The notes under the pieces are model-generated. The model saw only the letters and a program-made list of their open reading frames with translations. It searched no databases and was not told where the DNA came from. From Promethearchaeum syntrophicum (GTDB lineage: Archaea; Asgardarchaeota; Lokiarchaeia; Sigyniarchaeales; Promethearchaeaceae): a DNA stretch of 32,000 bases. The DNA lies in assembly GCF_008000775.2 (NCBI RefSeq), contig NZ_CP042905.2, positions 3,510,001-3,542,000 on the forward strand, written 5' to 3'. Numbering within the stretch: the first letter of the stretch is position 1; the number at the start of each line of letters is the position of its first letter. Both the position numbers and the translations under genes were made by a program. Below are positions 17,274 through 26,758 of this stretch, in pieces.

Positions 17274-19142
17274 TCAGTGATCATCTACTTCAGGGGAGCG
17301 AATTCGAGTTATTTTTTTTTTCAGAATTTCTCGCAGTAAATATGCAATAATGATAAGAACAATAACTATTAGAACGGAAAGCCAGATTCCTAATACTTGG
17401 GTTTTTCTACCCATTATAAATATCCCTAATAGAAATGCAATGAAAACACCCATTTTTCTTTTCCAAAAACCATCGCCTTGATTAGACATGACATATTTCA
17501 ACTTAAAAACAAATCGACTAACAAAATTCTTCTCTTTAAGCAACTCATTTTGTTCACTGGAGAGAATTCCAGGTATGTTATATTCATAATTGAAAAATTG
17601 ATTCTTGAGAAATAGAACATTCACAGGCCTAATAATTACATTGAGAGTGAAAATAAGTAAAAGTGAATCACCAAAAATATGCATTATATTCATCCAAATC
17701 ATATTTGGTGAAGTCCAGGGATTAAAATACAATACTCCACTTATATCCAAACCTACCACAAATGGTACAAAAATCATTAGTAAAATGTCGAAGAAATTAA
17801 GTTTACTTAAGCGAAATTCAAATTTATGATCGATTTTATTAAACTTATATATAGATTTAAACCACAACCAGTTTTTCTTAACAATCAATTCTTGATTTTC
17901 ATTTGACTTTAAGATTTTAAAACCATTTTTTGAAGTAGAAAAGTCCTCTTTAATGCCTTTCACAACGAGGATGAATCCAAATATATATAAAACAATTCTT
18001 AATGGATCTCCAGCAAATCTAAATGTAACCACACTAATAATAGCCGTTATGAGAAATATCAATCCGATGATTAAATTCCTCCAATCTTTTATTTGAGTTT
18101 GCTTTAAAATCGACTCATTCTCTCCTGTAACATTCAAATCAAAACAATTGGAAATTGCTTCAACAAGATCTGGATTTTTAACTGCAGGAAGATTGAAATT
18201 AATCTCATATATTTTCTCTTTTGTAACAATCTCTAACAGAGTTTGATGCTTCAATAATAAAATACATAAAGCTAACAGATGAACAAACCCTGTTAAAATA
18301 TAAAATTTACCAACTAATAAACCAGCACCGAACGCGTACGGGTTCAATAGGAAATGAAAGCCATCTGTAAAACATAAAATTAAGTTTAAGGACATCAAAA
18401 TTATCCAGAAATATTTGGGTCCTGTTTTTGCATTAGTCAATCTTGCACTTATTACTTCATCTCTTGGGATTTCTGTCATCCATGGCATTGGAAATCTAAA
18501 TTCTTCTATAAAGTAGAAATTTTTACTCTTTGAAAATATTATATTAACTGATGAAAATATCGAGTAAATTAGAAGCCCTATTCCCACCAATAACATGAAA
18601 GCACTCATGGGAAAGAACATAGAAGGTCCACCTAAGAAAAACCAACTCCCTATATGATTTTCTGTATCAATATCAGTGCCAAATACAGAAATATTAATCG
18701 TTGCCATCCCTATCATTAAAATTGCAGCAATAAATCGACTTTTAGCAAAACTACGAAATTTAACCATATCAATTTCTTTTAGCAATTTCTTTTCCTTGGA
18801 TTTAAATAACAATGATTCACGTTTAGAGCCCCATTTAGGTAAATGGAATGAATTTTCATTATAGTTATTTGTATTCATTAATATCTGAGAAATTAAGATC
18901 ATACTGAAAGTTAACAAAAGCGCGCCGAAAAATACTGAAAGATTGAGGGGCCTAACCTCATTATCATAGGTCATTTCTATCACAAAGGAATCAATAGTCA
19001 ATTCAAAAATAAAGAATAGGATCGAGATCACGAAAATTATTATTCCTAACCAAAAGAAGACCCATTTTAAAATCTTCTTTTTTTGGGATTGTTGTTTTAA
19101 CAAATCCAATTCTTCTTTAGACAAAATTTTTGTACGCTCCAT
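17274..19142 (-). CDS. Large polytopic membrane protein with soluble inserts
   Basis: 622 aa with many hydrophobic segments. Inserts FRFPMPWMTEIPRDEVISARLTNAKTGPKYFWI and ENQELIVKKNWLWFKSIYKFNKIDHKFEFRLSKLNFF are loosely reminiscent of membrane-associated PH-like domains. Confidence 0.6.
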   Translation of the reverse strand: MERTKILSKEELDLLKQQSQKKKILKWVFFWLGIIIFVISILFFIFELTIDSFVIEMTYDNEVRPLNLSVFFGALLLTFSMILISQILMNTNNYNENSFHLPKWGSKRESLLFKSKEKKLLKEIDMVKFRSFAKSRFIAAILMIGMATINISVFGTDIDTENHIGSWFFLGGPSMFFPMSAFMLLVGIGLLIYSIFSSVNIIFSKSKNFYFIEEFRFPMPWMTEIPRDEVISARLTNAKTGPKYFWIILMSLNLILCFTDGFHFLLNPYAFGAGLLVGKFYILTGFVHLLALCILLLKHQTLLEIVTKEKIYEINFNLPAVKNPDLVEAISNCFDLNVTGENESILKQTQIKDWRNLIIGLIFLITAIISVVTFRFAGDPLRIVLYIFGFILVVKGIKEDFSTSKNGFKILKSNENQELIVKKNWLWFKSIYKFNKIDHKFEFRLSKLNFFDILLMIFVPFVVGLDISGVLYFNPWTSPNMIWMNIMHIFGDSLLLIFTLNVIIRPVNVLFLKNQFFNYEYNIPGILSSEQNELLKEKNFVSRFVFKLKYVMSNQGDGFWKRKMGVFIAFLLGIFIMGRKTQVLGIWLSVLIVIVLIIIAYLLREILKKKITRIRSPEVDDH

Positions 19143-19148
19143 CTTAAA

Positions 19149-20711
19149 TTAGACCTCCCTATATCCAGATGGTAAAATAAAACCAAAAGCTCTTCCAATC
19201 CAATAAGGTGTAGTAAAAGTCATTCCAGGTTCTTCATGAAGTGGTGCATCATGCCAGTAAGTAGTATTCTCCCATGCATTTCTCTCCCACATGTAATGAC
19301 CAGTTCTTCTATATTCAACTGTTAAAGGTTCTGTAAAATACACATCATCCCAATCGGTTTCAATAAACGCTATATGATATAAACTAGCCCAATTATGATT
19401 ATCAATTTCTGCCTTCCACTGCAATATTTTTTCTACTTCCTTATATTCAGATGGAACAGGCAATAATGGATAATGTCTATCCGGGAAATGATTGATCTCT
19501 AATCGATGTAATTGATCCTCAATATCTCGCTCAATATCAATTCGATCTCCTACTTCAGTACTTAAAGCCAGATATACGATATTGAACCACGCATTTCGAT
19601 GAAATTCAGTGTAATAGCGTAATGTATTCAAATATCCTTTATAATAATGAGACCCAATCTCGGATTCAATGCCTTCTAATAATAGAAATGCAAATACAAC
19701 GCAATGCGCGAAATTGAAGGCATAATAATTCGCCATAACTTCATTTTTTGAACTTTCGGTATTCGCCATAAAAGCCATTTCTGCGCTTACAAAGTGGTGA
19801 TAATCCACTAAGTATTCATCAGGATTTACCATCGAGGCCATTTTAAATAAAAGAGAAAGCCAATATGCCCCAGTATAAACTCTAGGTTTTTGATCGACCC
19901 CAGATGGCCCTCCAGGTCCATTAATACCAAGAAAATTAGTCTCCTTCATATAGTTTGCAATCTGTTCAATTATTAATCCTACGGTTGTTTGAACATAAGG
20001 ATCATCAACATATTTTAGACAAAGTGCTAAACCCATATAGTAACCTCCATATTCATCATTTGAAGTATGACCTCGCCAGCGATATTGAGAGTACTCTCCA
20101 GTGCCATTATAGTGCCGAATGTGCTCATTAAATAGACTTGGGTGAATTTCTTTATGTTCTGGTCCCGCCCATCCTCGACCTAAAATTCCTGGAAATTCAG
20201 GACCTAGCCCCCCATTCGGAACAATCATTAACATAGACATACCGTTAACCATGCGTTTAATAACATCAAGCGAGTATTCTTGATCGGTTGTGTTTCCTTC
20301 GTTTATTGCTGCAACGTAATGAAAAACCCATCCTGCCATAGCAACACCAGTCCATAAAGCTCCATTATCAGAAAAACCATAATTTGCAATATCAGTATAA
20401 TTACCATCCACATAATCGCACGTTGCAGTATAATTTAATGGTAAGTGGTTTTTTTGAAATAAATCATCATATACTCTTGCCATTTCATCTAATCGTGTAT
20501 AATTTGCAGTAATAAACTGATCGATGTCAGGAGGGGGAGCTTCAAATTGAAATGAAAGTATTTCATCATAGATATTGCCAACTCGAATTCCAAAATAAAT
20601 AAAATAACTGAAAGGTGAAACAATGATCAAAATTGTAGATATTAATTTCCAATAAGTTTGGTTTCTGGTTCTAATTCTCATATAATAAATTTCAATCCTT
20701 AGGTTTTTCAA
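19149..20711 (-). CDS. Predicted membrane-anchored extracytoplasmic protein, possibly (alpha/alpha)-barrel/glycoside-hydrolase-like; start could be 20681
   Basis: 520 aa: one N-terminal TM (WKLISTILIIVSPFSYFIYFGI) then a Trp/Tyr/Asn-rich soluble domain (QYRWRGHTSNDEYGGYYMGLALCLKY, GPGGPSGVDQKPRVYTGAYWLSLLFKM) with several N-x-S/T sequons. Confidence 0.55.
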   Translation of the reverse strand: MKNLRIEIYYMRIRTRNQTYWKLISTILIIVSPFSYFIYFGIRVGNIYDEILSFQFEAPPPDIDQFITANYTRLDEMARVYDDLFQKNHLPLNYTATCDYVDGNYTDIANYGFSDNGALWTGVAMAGWVFHYVAAINEGNTTDQEYSLDVIKRMVNGMSMLMIVPNGGLGPEFPGILGRGWAGPEHKEIHPSLFNEHIRHYNGTGEYSQYRWRGHTSNDEYGGYYMGLALCLKYVDDPYVQTTVGLIIEQIANYMKETNFLGINGPGGPSGVDQKPRVYTGAYWLSLLFKMASMVNPDEYLVDYHHFVSAEMAFMANTESSKNEVMANYYAFNFAHCVVFAFLLLEGIESEIGSHYYKGYLNTLRYYTEFHRNAWFNIVYLALSTEVGDRIDIERDIEDQLHRLEINHFPDRHYPLLPVPSEYKEVEKILQWKAEIDNHNWASLYHIAFIETDWDDVYFTEPLTVEYRRTGHYMWERNAWENTTYWHDAPLHEEPGMTFTTPYWIGRAFGFILPSGYREV

Positions 20712-20736
20712 ACTTTCGATATATTACTATATAATT

Positions 20737-22158
20737 ATGAGAGCAGCTTTCGGTAAAATAAAACTCACCCCCAAAGATTATATTGGGAGAAATTTAGCAG
20801 GTTATGTTCCCATCGTTAAATGTAATGGTAAATTAGATGATATTTATGCAAGGGGAGTATTAATTGAATCATCCCACCAACCTGATAATCTTCTTATTAT
20901 TTCGTTGGATTTCTTAAAATTTTCCATAAAACTCTCAAATTATATTAAGGACAAGATATATAGTCGGTATAAAATACCACAAGAACAAATATTACTTCAT
21001 GCAATTCACACTCATAAATCATTCGATTTAGGAAACGAATATAGTTTCTCAGGTGGGGGATTAATAATAATAAAAAATTTACTTTTCGGTCAATATTTTA
21101 CAGACGATAAGTATAAAATATGGGTTTCTAATCAAATTGTAAAACTTGTAGGAAATCTCATAAGGAAAGTAAAACAAAGTGATCCTTGTAAAATTTCATG
21201 GAAAAAGGAAACTATCAAAGATAACATAATTATAAATCGACGCCATCCTGAAATTGAATCAAAATCCCAACTTGGAATTATTAGCTTTAGAAATCTCTCA
21301 AACGAAAAACTAATAGGGATTATTATTAACTTCGGAACCCATCCAACAACCTTAAATCTGACTGTTCGAAAGCTTTCAGCGGATTATCCGGGAAGAGTTT
21401 GCGCACGTATTGAACAGACAACTAATAATCAAATCTCAGCTGTTTTTTTCACAGGTCCTGCAGGAGATTTAAATCCAATAACAACATGTGGTGATGATTT
21501 TAAAGTTCTTACTGAAGATATGACTCCCATATATGACCAAATGGGAACTTATAAGCATACTAAGAAAATTGGTTATTTTCTAGGTGATGAAGCACTTAAA
21601 ATTGCGCAAAAAATCCCCTCGGACGAATATTTTACGGATTTAGATTTTACTGTATATAATCAGTTTTTCGAGATTCCATTTGAGGATTATAAGAAATTCT
21701 GGACATCTAAATCATTAAAATCGAGATTATTGCATCTAATTAAGAAATGTTTCTTATTTCGATTGCCAATTTTTATGGGAAGTCAAAATCCTCCAAATTT
21801 TTCAACTTTTAATATTCGTTATTCTGGGCATAAAATAGTTTCTCAGACTCAGATTCAATTCATACTTATAAAAGCATTTTCAAAATCAAATGAAAGAAAA
21901 AAATCACTATCAATAACTGCAATCCCTGGTGAACTTTTTGAAGAAATTGGTAAAAAAATTCTAAAAAATAGTCCAACAGGAGCAGAAAACTCATTTATTT
22001 TTCAAAATTCGAATGATTGGGTAGGTTATCTATTTCCTCTAAAAGAATATATACTGGTTGGAGGGTATGAGCCTTCAGTTAGTTTTTCTCCCGTAACGGG
22101 TGCCTATGTGCAAAATAATTTTATTAAATTAGTGCATAAAATTAAATCTTCCAAATAA
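20737..22158 (+). CDS. Neutral/alkaline non-lysosomal ceramidase N-terminal-domain-like protein
   Basis: 473 aa: ISLDFLKF, HAIHTHKS, INFGTHPTTLNLTVRKLSADYPGRVCARIEQ, AVFFTGPAGDLNPITTCGDDF, and AITAIPGELFEEIGKKI. Confidence 0.82.
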   Translation: MRAAFGKIKLTPKDYIGRNLAGYVPIVKCNGKLDDIYARGVLIESSHQPDNLLIISLDFLKFSIKLSNYIKDKIYSRYKIPQEQILLHAIHTHKSFDLGNEYSFSGGGLIIIKNLLFGQYFTDDKYKIWVSNQIVKLVGNLIRKVKQSDPCKISWKKETIKDNIIINRRHPEIESKSQLGIISFRNLSNEKLIGIIINFGTHPTTLNLTVRKLSADYPGRVCARIEQTTNNQISAVFFTGPAGDLNPITTCGDDFKVLTEDMTPIYDQMGTYKHTKKIGYFLGDEALKIAQKIPSDEYFTDLDFTVYNQFFEIPFEDYKKFWTSKSLKSRLLHLIKKCFLFRLPIFMGSQNPPNFSTFNIRYSGHKIVSQTQIQFILIKAFSKSNERKKSLSITAIPGELFEEIGKKILKNSPTGAENSFIFQNSNDWVGYLFPLKEYILVGGYEPSVSFSPVTGAYVQNNFIKLVHKIKSSK

Positions 22159-22170
22159 TAATTCTTTCTT

Positions 22171-23316
22171 ATGTTAGAAAAAGAACCAAAAACAGCATTC
22201 GTGTTTTCTGGGGGAGCTAGTCTTGGCGCTGTTGAAGTAGGGATGTTAAAAGCCATAGTAGAAGAAGGACATACAGCAGACATGGTTTTTGGAACTTCAG
22301 TAGGAAGTCTAAACGGCGCGTTATACGCATTTGATCCTACCATTGAAGGAGTGAAGAAATTAGAGGAAATATGGCGTAAAATTAAAACATTTGATGTTTT
22401 TTCCCCTTCAGTTATAACCCCGATCAAAAATATTGCTACATTTGGTCAATATTTGATATCTCCAAAGAATATAAAAAAATTAATATTGGAGAACATTAAT
22501 TATTCGAGGATAGAACAAACTAAAATTCCCCTTTTCATAACTGCAACAGATATTAATACCGGAGATGAGATAGTACTGAATAAAGGATTAATATTAGAAG
22601 CACTATTAGCAAGTATAGGGATACCAGGGCTATTTCAACCTCAAAGAATGGGACATCGATTGCTAGTTGACGGGGGTTTAGTAAATAATTCTCCAATCTC
22701 ATCCGCTGTTAAACTTGGAGCAGATAAGGTAGTTGTATTTCCTATAGGATTTCCTTATACACCTAATCAAGAACCTAAAAATTTGACCGAGATATTGATT
22801 CGAACTTTTATTTACCTACTTAATCGCCAATTATCTGCTGATTATCATCTTTATAAAGATAAAGTCCAGTTAATTATTATACCCCCTCCAGAAAATATTG
22901 ATGTTGGTCCTCATGATTTCTCTAAATCAGATATATTGATTGATAGATCATATCAAAATACAAAACAATGGCTTATGAAAGGGGGATATTATGATTTAAC
23001 GAGTGAATATAAACATCCTGGTGATATTCATTCTGACATTTTAAACTTATCAGAGGCTGTAAAAACTGAACCAGGGCGACCTGCAAAGGAACGGGTAAAA
23101 GAAAACGTCACACTAATAGGCGCAGCACTTAAAGAATCAATTGCTAAAGAAAAAGCAGAAAGGAAAGAGAAATATCATGCCTCAAAAGAAAAACTTAAGG
23201 AGAACATCTCTGATACGAAGGATGAAATTGAAAAAGCTTTTTCGAATACAGCAAAAAGAATTAAGAAAAAGTATGATAATATAACCAAAAAGAAAGATAG
23301 AAAGAAATTAGAGTAA
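22171..23316 (+). CDS. Patatin-like phospholipase with a long charged C-terminal tail
   Basis: 381 aa: AFVFSGGASLGAVEVGML, nucleophile elbow FGTSVGSLNGALYA, LLVDGGLVNNSPI. Lys/Glu-rich C-terminus KESIAKEKAERKEKYHASKEKLKENIS... Confidence 0.9.
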   Translation: MLEKEPKTAFVFSGGASLGAVEVGMLKAIVEEGHTADMVFGTSVGSLNGALYAFDPTIEGVKKLEEIWRKIKTFDVFSPSVITPIKNIATFGQYLISPKNIKKLILENINYSRIEQTKIPLFITATDINTGDEIVLNKGLILEALLASIGIPGLFQPQRMGHRLLVDGGLVNNSPISSAVKLGADKVVVFPIGFPYTPNQEPKNLTEILIRTFIYLLNRQLSADYHLYKDKVQLIIIPPPENIDVGPHDFSKSDILIDRSYQNTKQWLMKGGYYDLTSEYKHPGDIHSDILNLSEAVKTEPGRPAKERVKENVTLIGAALKESIAKEKAERKEKYHASKEKLKENISDTKDEIEKAFSNTAKRIKKKYDNITKKKDRKKLE

Positions 23317-23408
23317 TTTCTATATATTTCTCACTATTAAAGAAATCTAATAAAATTATACCCGGAAAAAGCAATCAATTTTTTTAATTATAAATGAGGG
23401 AATTTAGA

Positions 23409-23957
23409 TTATTTTTCTAGTTTTGAATTACATCCAATGCAAAATTCACTTTCAATACTATTTGAAGTCCCGCAATAAGAGCAAATCGTTACAGTGTTAG
23501 GTTTTGATCCCGGTTCTTTCCTAGAACCCGATTTATAACCAGAATGTGATGTTTTATAAGCTTGACCATATTTATTAACCGGATTTTGTGCATTATTAAC
23601 CCGATTCTTTTGACTAAAAATCTTATTCGCAAAATTCATATATCGTCCCATTATTCGAGAATTTGGAGCAATACCGGAAGCTATCGAGCGATTTCTAATC
23701 CCAATCATTAGAGTTACCACTCCTATAATAATTATAATAAAACCTCCAAAAAAGAAGGGAAACATTAAGAAAATATTATCAAACATGATAGGAACAAAAA
23801 CAGCACAAAAAAAGGTGATAATACCCAATACCATAATTAATGCACCTCCTATCACCTTAAAATTTGATTTGGAGTGATCAGATTGATTAAGGGGATTGTA
23901 AGCTACCATAGTCCAATAACCTAAAATCAACAAGGTTTTTAAAATTCTTGCCTGCAA
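23409..23957 (-). CDS. Small two-TM protein with C-terminal zinc ribbon; start probably 23909
   Basis: IIGGALIMVLGIITFFCAVFVPI-type TM pair, basic linker, then TICSYCGTSNSIESEFCIGCNSKLE. Confidence 0.65.
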   Translation of the reverse strand: MQARILKTLLILGYWTMVAYNPLNQSDHSKSNFKVIGGALIMVLGIITFFCAVFVPIMFDNIFLMFPFFFGGFIIIIIGVVTLMIGIRNRSIASGIAPNSRIMGRYMNFANKIFSQKNRVNNAQNPVNKYGQAYKTSHSGYKSGSRKEPGSKPNTVTICSYCGTSNSIESEFCIGCNSKLEK

Positions 23958-24052
23958 ATTTACTTATAAAAATTTAATAATCTAAATATAGAAATTCAAT
24001 TAAATATTTATTAATTTCAAAAACCGAGGTAATTTTATTGAGAAATGCAGAA

Positions 24053-25750
24053 ATGGATAAAGAATGTATAGAAAGATACGATGAAATGAAAAAAAGTAAG
24101 AATAAAATGTTTGATTGGCTAGATTATTGGGCTAAAAAAAAACCAAATGAAATTGCATTGATAGAATACAATACTGGTGCAGAAATAACTTGGAAAGATT
24201 TTGCAACGAAAAGTAAAGCTTTTGCTGCTAAACTTTTATCAATGGGAATTGGAAAAGGGGATGTTGTTGCTACTACTCTAGTTTTATTAAAAGAACATGT
24301 CTATTTAATGTATGCATGTTATAGAATTGGCGCAATTATTGCCCCACTGGATCCAAGGTTGAAAGTGAGCGAAGTAGATTATTGCTTTTCACAAATGAAA
24401 CCCAAAGCATATTTATTTTTAGGTCCCACACCTAATGCCGATTTTAGTAAAATTGCAGCAGCAATGATGGAAAAATATTCTGAATATTGTAAAATATGGA
24501 TTCAATTTACAGGTGAACAAGCGATCCAGGGAGCACAACTGGTTAAAGATTTTGCAATTGATATAAAGAAGATATACATTATACAGGGATTACTCTTAGG
24601 AAAGGTAAAGAAGGCTCAGAAAAAAGTAAAAAGTAAAGATCCTTGTTTGATCATTTTTACCACAGGTAGTACCGGAAAACCGAAACCAGCATTACTATCC
24701 CATAAAGCAATATTAGTCCAAAATATTAGTCTTATGGTTGGGTTCGGTATGAATGAATCTGATAGAATGATAATAAATCTTCCTCCGAGCCACGTCGGAT
24801 GTACAACTGAACAACTCAGTACCACAATTTATGGAGGAGGCGTTTCAGTTTTACTCCATATATATACTCCAGAAAATTCTCTTGATGCGGTTCAAAAATA
24901 TAAAGCCACTTTAATAGGGCAAATTCCCGCATTATTTGCAATGGAGTGGCGCTTACCTAATTATAATGATTATGATATATCTTCTTTGAGATTCGCATTA
25001 TATGGTGGACAATCAGTTACTCGTAAGTTTTTGGAACAACTGAAAGCCATGGCACCTCTTGCCGGTACTGGATTGGGATTAACAGAAACTGCAGGTTTTG
25101 TGACTTATAGCCCTCTAGATGGTACAGTTGATGATATTTTAGCCAGTGTCGGGTATGATTCACCACTTTATCCTATCTCAATAAGAGAGCCATTGAAACC
25201 CGATGGATATGCAGGTGATGAAAAACCAAAAGGAATTGTTGGTGATGTCTGTTTCAAAGGACCTCAGAATTTTTCAGGGTATCTAAATAATCCCGAACAA
25301 ACTGCACAAACAATATCGAAAGATGGGTATTTATATACTGGAGATCTTGGAACTTATGATGAAAAAGGATTGCATTTTGCAGGGAGGGCTAAATTTGTAA
25401 TTAAACCAAAGGGGTATCAGGTTTATCCACCCGCAGTTGAAGAATTTTTAATGGCAAAGCTTAAAGATAAATTGAGTGCGATTGCAATTGTAGGAGCCCC
25501 TCATGAAGTTTTTTCTGAAGGGATTGTTTGTTATGTTGAACAAAAACCCGGTTCAGTTGTTTCTGATGATGATGTCAATACAGCTGCACAAGAAATGGCA
25601 TCTTATAAAAGACCGAGTCATGTTGTCATTTTAGAGCAAGGTGGGATTCCATTAAATCGAGTGGCAAAAACGGATTATAAAACTCTAAGTGATATGGCAA
25701 AGGACCTAACAGAAAAATTGAGATCCGAAGGGAAATGGGACGCTGAATAG
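24053..25750 (+). CDS. AMP-forming acyl-CoA synthetase / acyl-AMP ligase (paralog A)
   Basis: TTGSTGKPKPALLSH P-loop, GLGLTETAG, YTGDLGTYDEKGLHFAGRAKFVIKPKGYQVYPPAVEEFL, PLNRVAKTDYKTL. The ATG at 24053 is preferred over the TTG at 24038. Confidence 0.88.
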   Translation: MDKECIERYDEMKKSKNKMFDWLDYWAKKKPNEIALIEYNTGAEITWKDFATKSKAFAAKLLSMGIGKGDVVATTLVLLKEHVYLMYACYRIGAIIAPLDPRLKVSEVDYCFSQMKPKAYLFLGPTPNADFSKIAAAMMEKYSEYCKIWIQFTGEQAIQGAQLVKDFAIDIKKIYIIQGLLLGKVKKAQKKVKSKDPCLIIFTTGSTGKPKPALLSHKAILVQNISLMVGFGMNESDRMIINLPPSHVGCTTEQLSTTIYGGGVSVLLHIYTPENSLDAVQKYKATLIGQIPALFAMEWRLPNYNDYDISSLRFALYGGQSVTRKFLEQLKAMAPLAGTGLGLTETAGFVTYSPLDGTVDDILASVGYDSPLYPISIREPLKPDGYAGDEKPKGIVGDVCFKGPQNFSGYLNNPEQTAQTISKDGYLYTGDLGTYDEKGLHFAGRAKFVIKPKGYQVYPPAVEEFLMAKLKDKLSAIAIVGAPHEVFSEGIVCYVEQKPGSVVSDDDVNTAAQEMASYKRPSHVVILEQGGIPLNRVAKTDYKTLSDMAKDLTEKLRSEGKWDAE

Positions 25751-25785
25751 TTATCAATCCAAGTACACATTTTTTTCTTTTAATT

Positions 25786-26703
25786 TTAATTGACTTTTGT
25801 TATTCTATTCATTCCCATTATTAAGATATATCCTATTAGCGGGCCAATCACTGCTAATAAAGGTTGATACCATATAAAATTGATAAACATATATCTGACT
25901 GCGATAATTGAACTTGAAAAAAGAATGGTGACCACAACAAAGATTAAACTCCAAAGAAATTCTTCCCCCTTCCCATAAATTTCCAACTCTCCTGATTCTC
26001 GCTTTGGGATCTTGAAAACAGTAAAATATAACCACGAAACCATTGCAATGCCTATGATCATTGACCAAAAAACATCACTTGGGTAATGTTTAACAGCAAC
26101 AACTCTTGAAAACCCCATCAAGATAGCCCATGCAATTGATATCAAAAAAGAAATGACGATTTTCCACGGTTTGTGAGTTTTTGTTATGAAAAAGGCAAAA
26201 GTAATTAAATAAATTGCAATCAAAGTATGACCCGAAATAAAACTACCTTTACTTATCGCATCATCCAAAGAATATTTACCGAATGTCCACATCGGAGAAT
26301 AAAGAGAAAGATCTCCTACCACTTGATATGGTCGTACACGTGCAAAAATCGCTTTGAAAGCCCTTCCAATTATAGTGGTGGATAAACCGACTGCTATCAA
26401 GAAACCAGAATACATTCTCATTGTTTTCATGTATTCTTTTATTGGTTTGATAAATGATATTGGATAAACAATCAAGGATATGATGATAAATATATACGAA
26501 ACATCTTGACCACCAAATCCATCACCATCAAACATAGTACGATTCATAAAAAACGTGATTTTATCCAAAAACGAGCCAGAAATATTCTGTTCTGACCAAT
26601 AGATACTGAAATTTATTTCAATTGGAGCTAAAATGATTGATATAATAATTGAAAACACGAGATACAGAGTTAACAGAAGGAGATTTCTCTTTTTTTTTTC
26701 CAT
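25786..26703 (-). CDS. PAP2 superfamily membrane phosphatase (second copy)
   Basis: 305 aa multi-pass: KAIFARVRPYQ, FISGHTLIAIY, SRVVAVKHYPSDVFW. Confidence 0.85.
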   Translation of the reverse strand: MEKKKRNLLLLTLYLVFSIIISIILAPIEINFSIYWSEQNISGSFLDKITFFMNRTMFDGDGFGGQDVSYIFIIISLIVYPISFIKPIKEYMKTMRMYSGFLIAVGLSTTIIGRAFKAIFARVRPYQVVGDLSLYSPMWTFGKYSLDDAISKGSFISGHTLIAIYLITFAFFITKTHKPWKIVISFLISIAWAILMGFSRVVAVKHYPSDVFWSMIIGIAMVSWLYFTVFKIPKRESGELEIYGKGEEFLWSLIFVVVTILFSSSIIAVRYMFINFIWYQPLLAVIGPLIGYILIMGMNRITKVN

Positions 26704-26758
26704 ATAGATATTTGAAACTTTATATTATAATAAATTTATATTTCATTAGTGAATAAAC

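Noticed and set aside
20737-22158. Calling the gene a functional neutral ceramidase
   Set aside because: The expected nucleophile-serine motif is replaced by GPAGDLNP, so only the superfamily-level call is kept.
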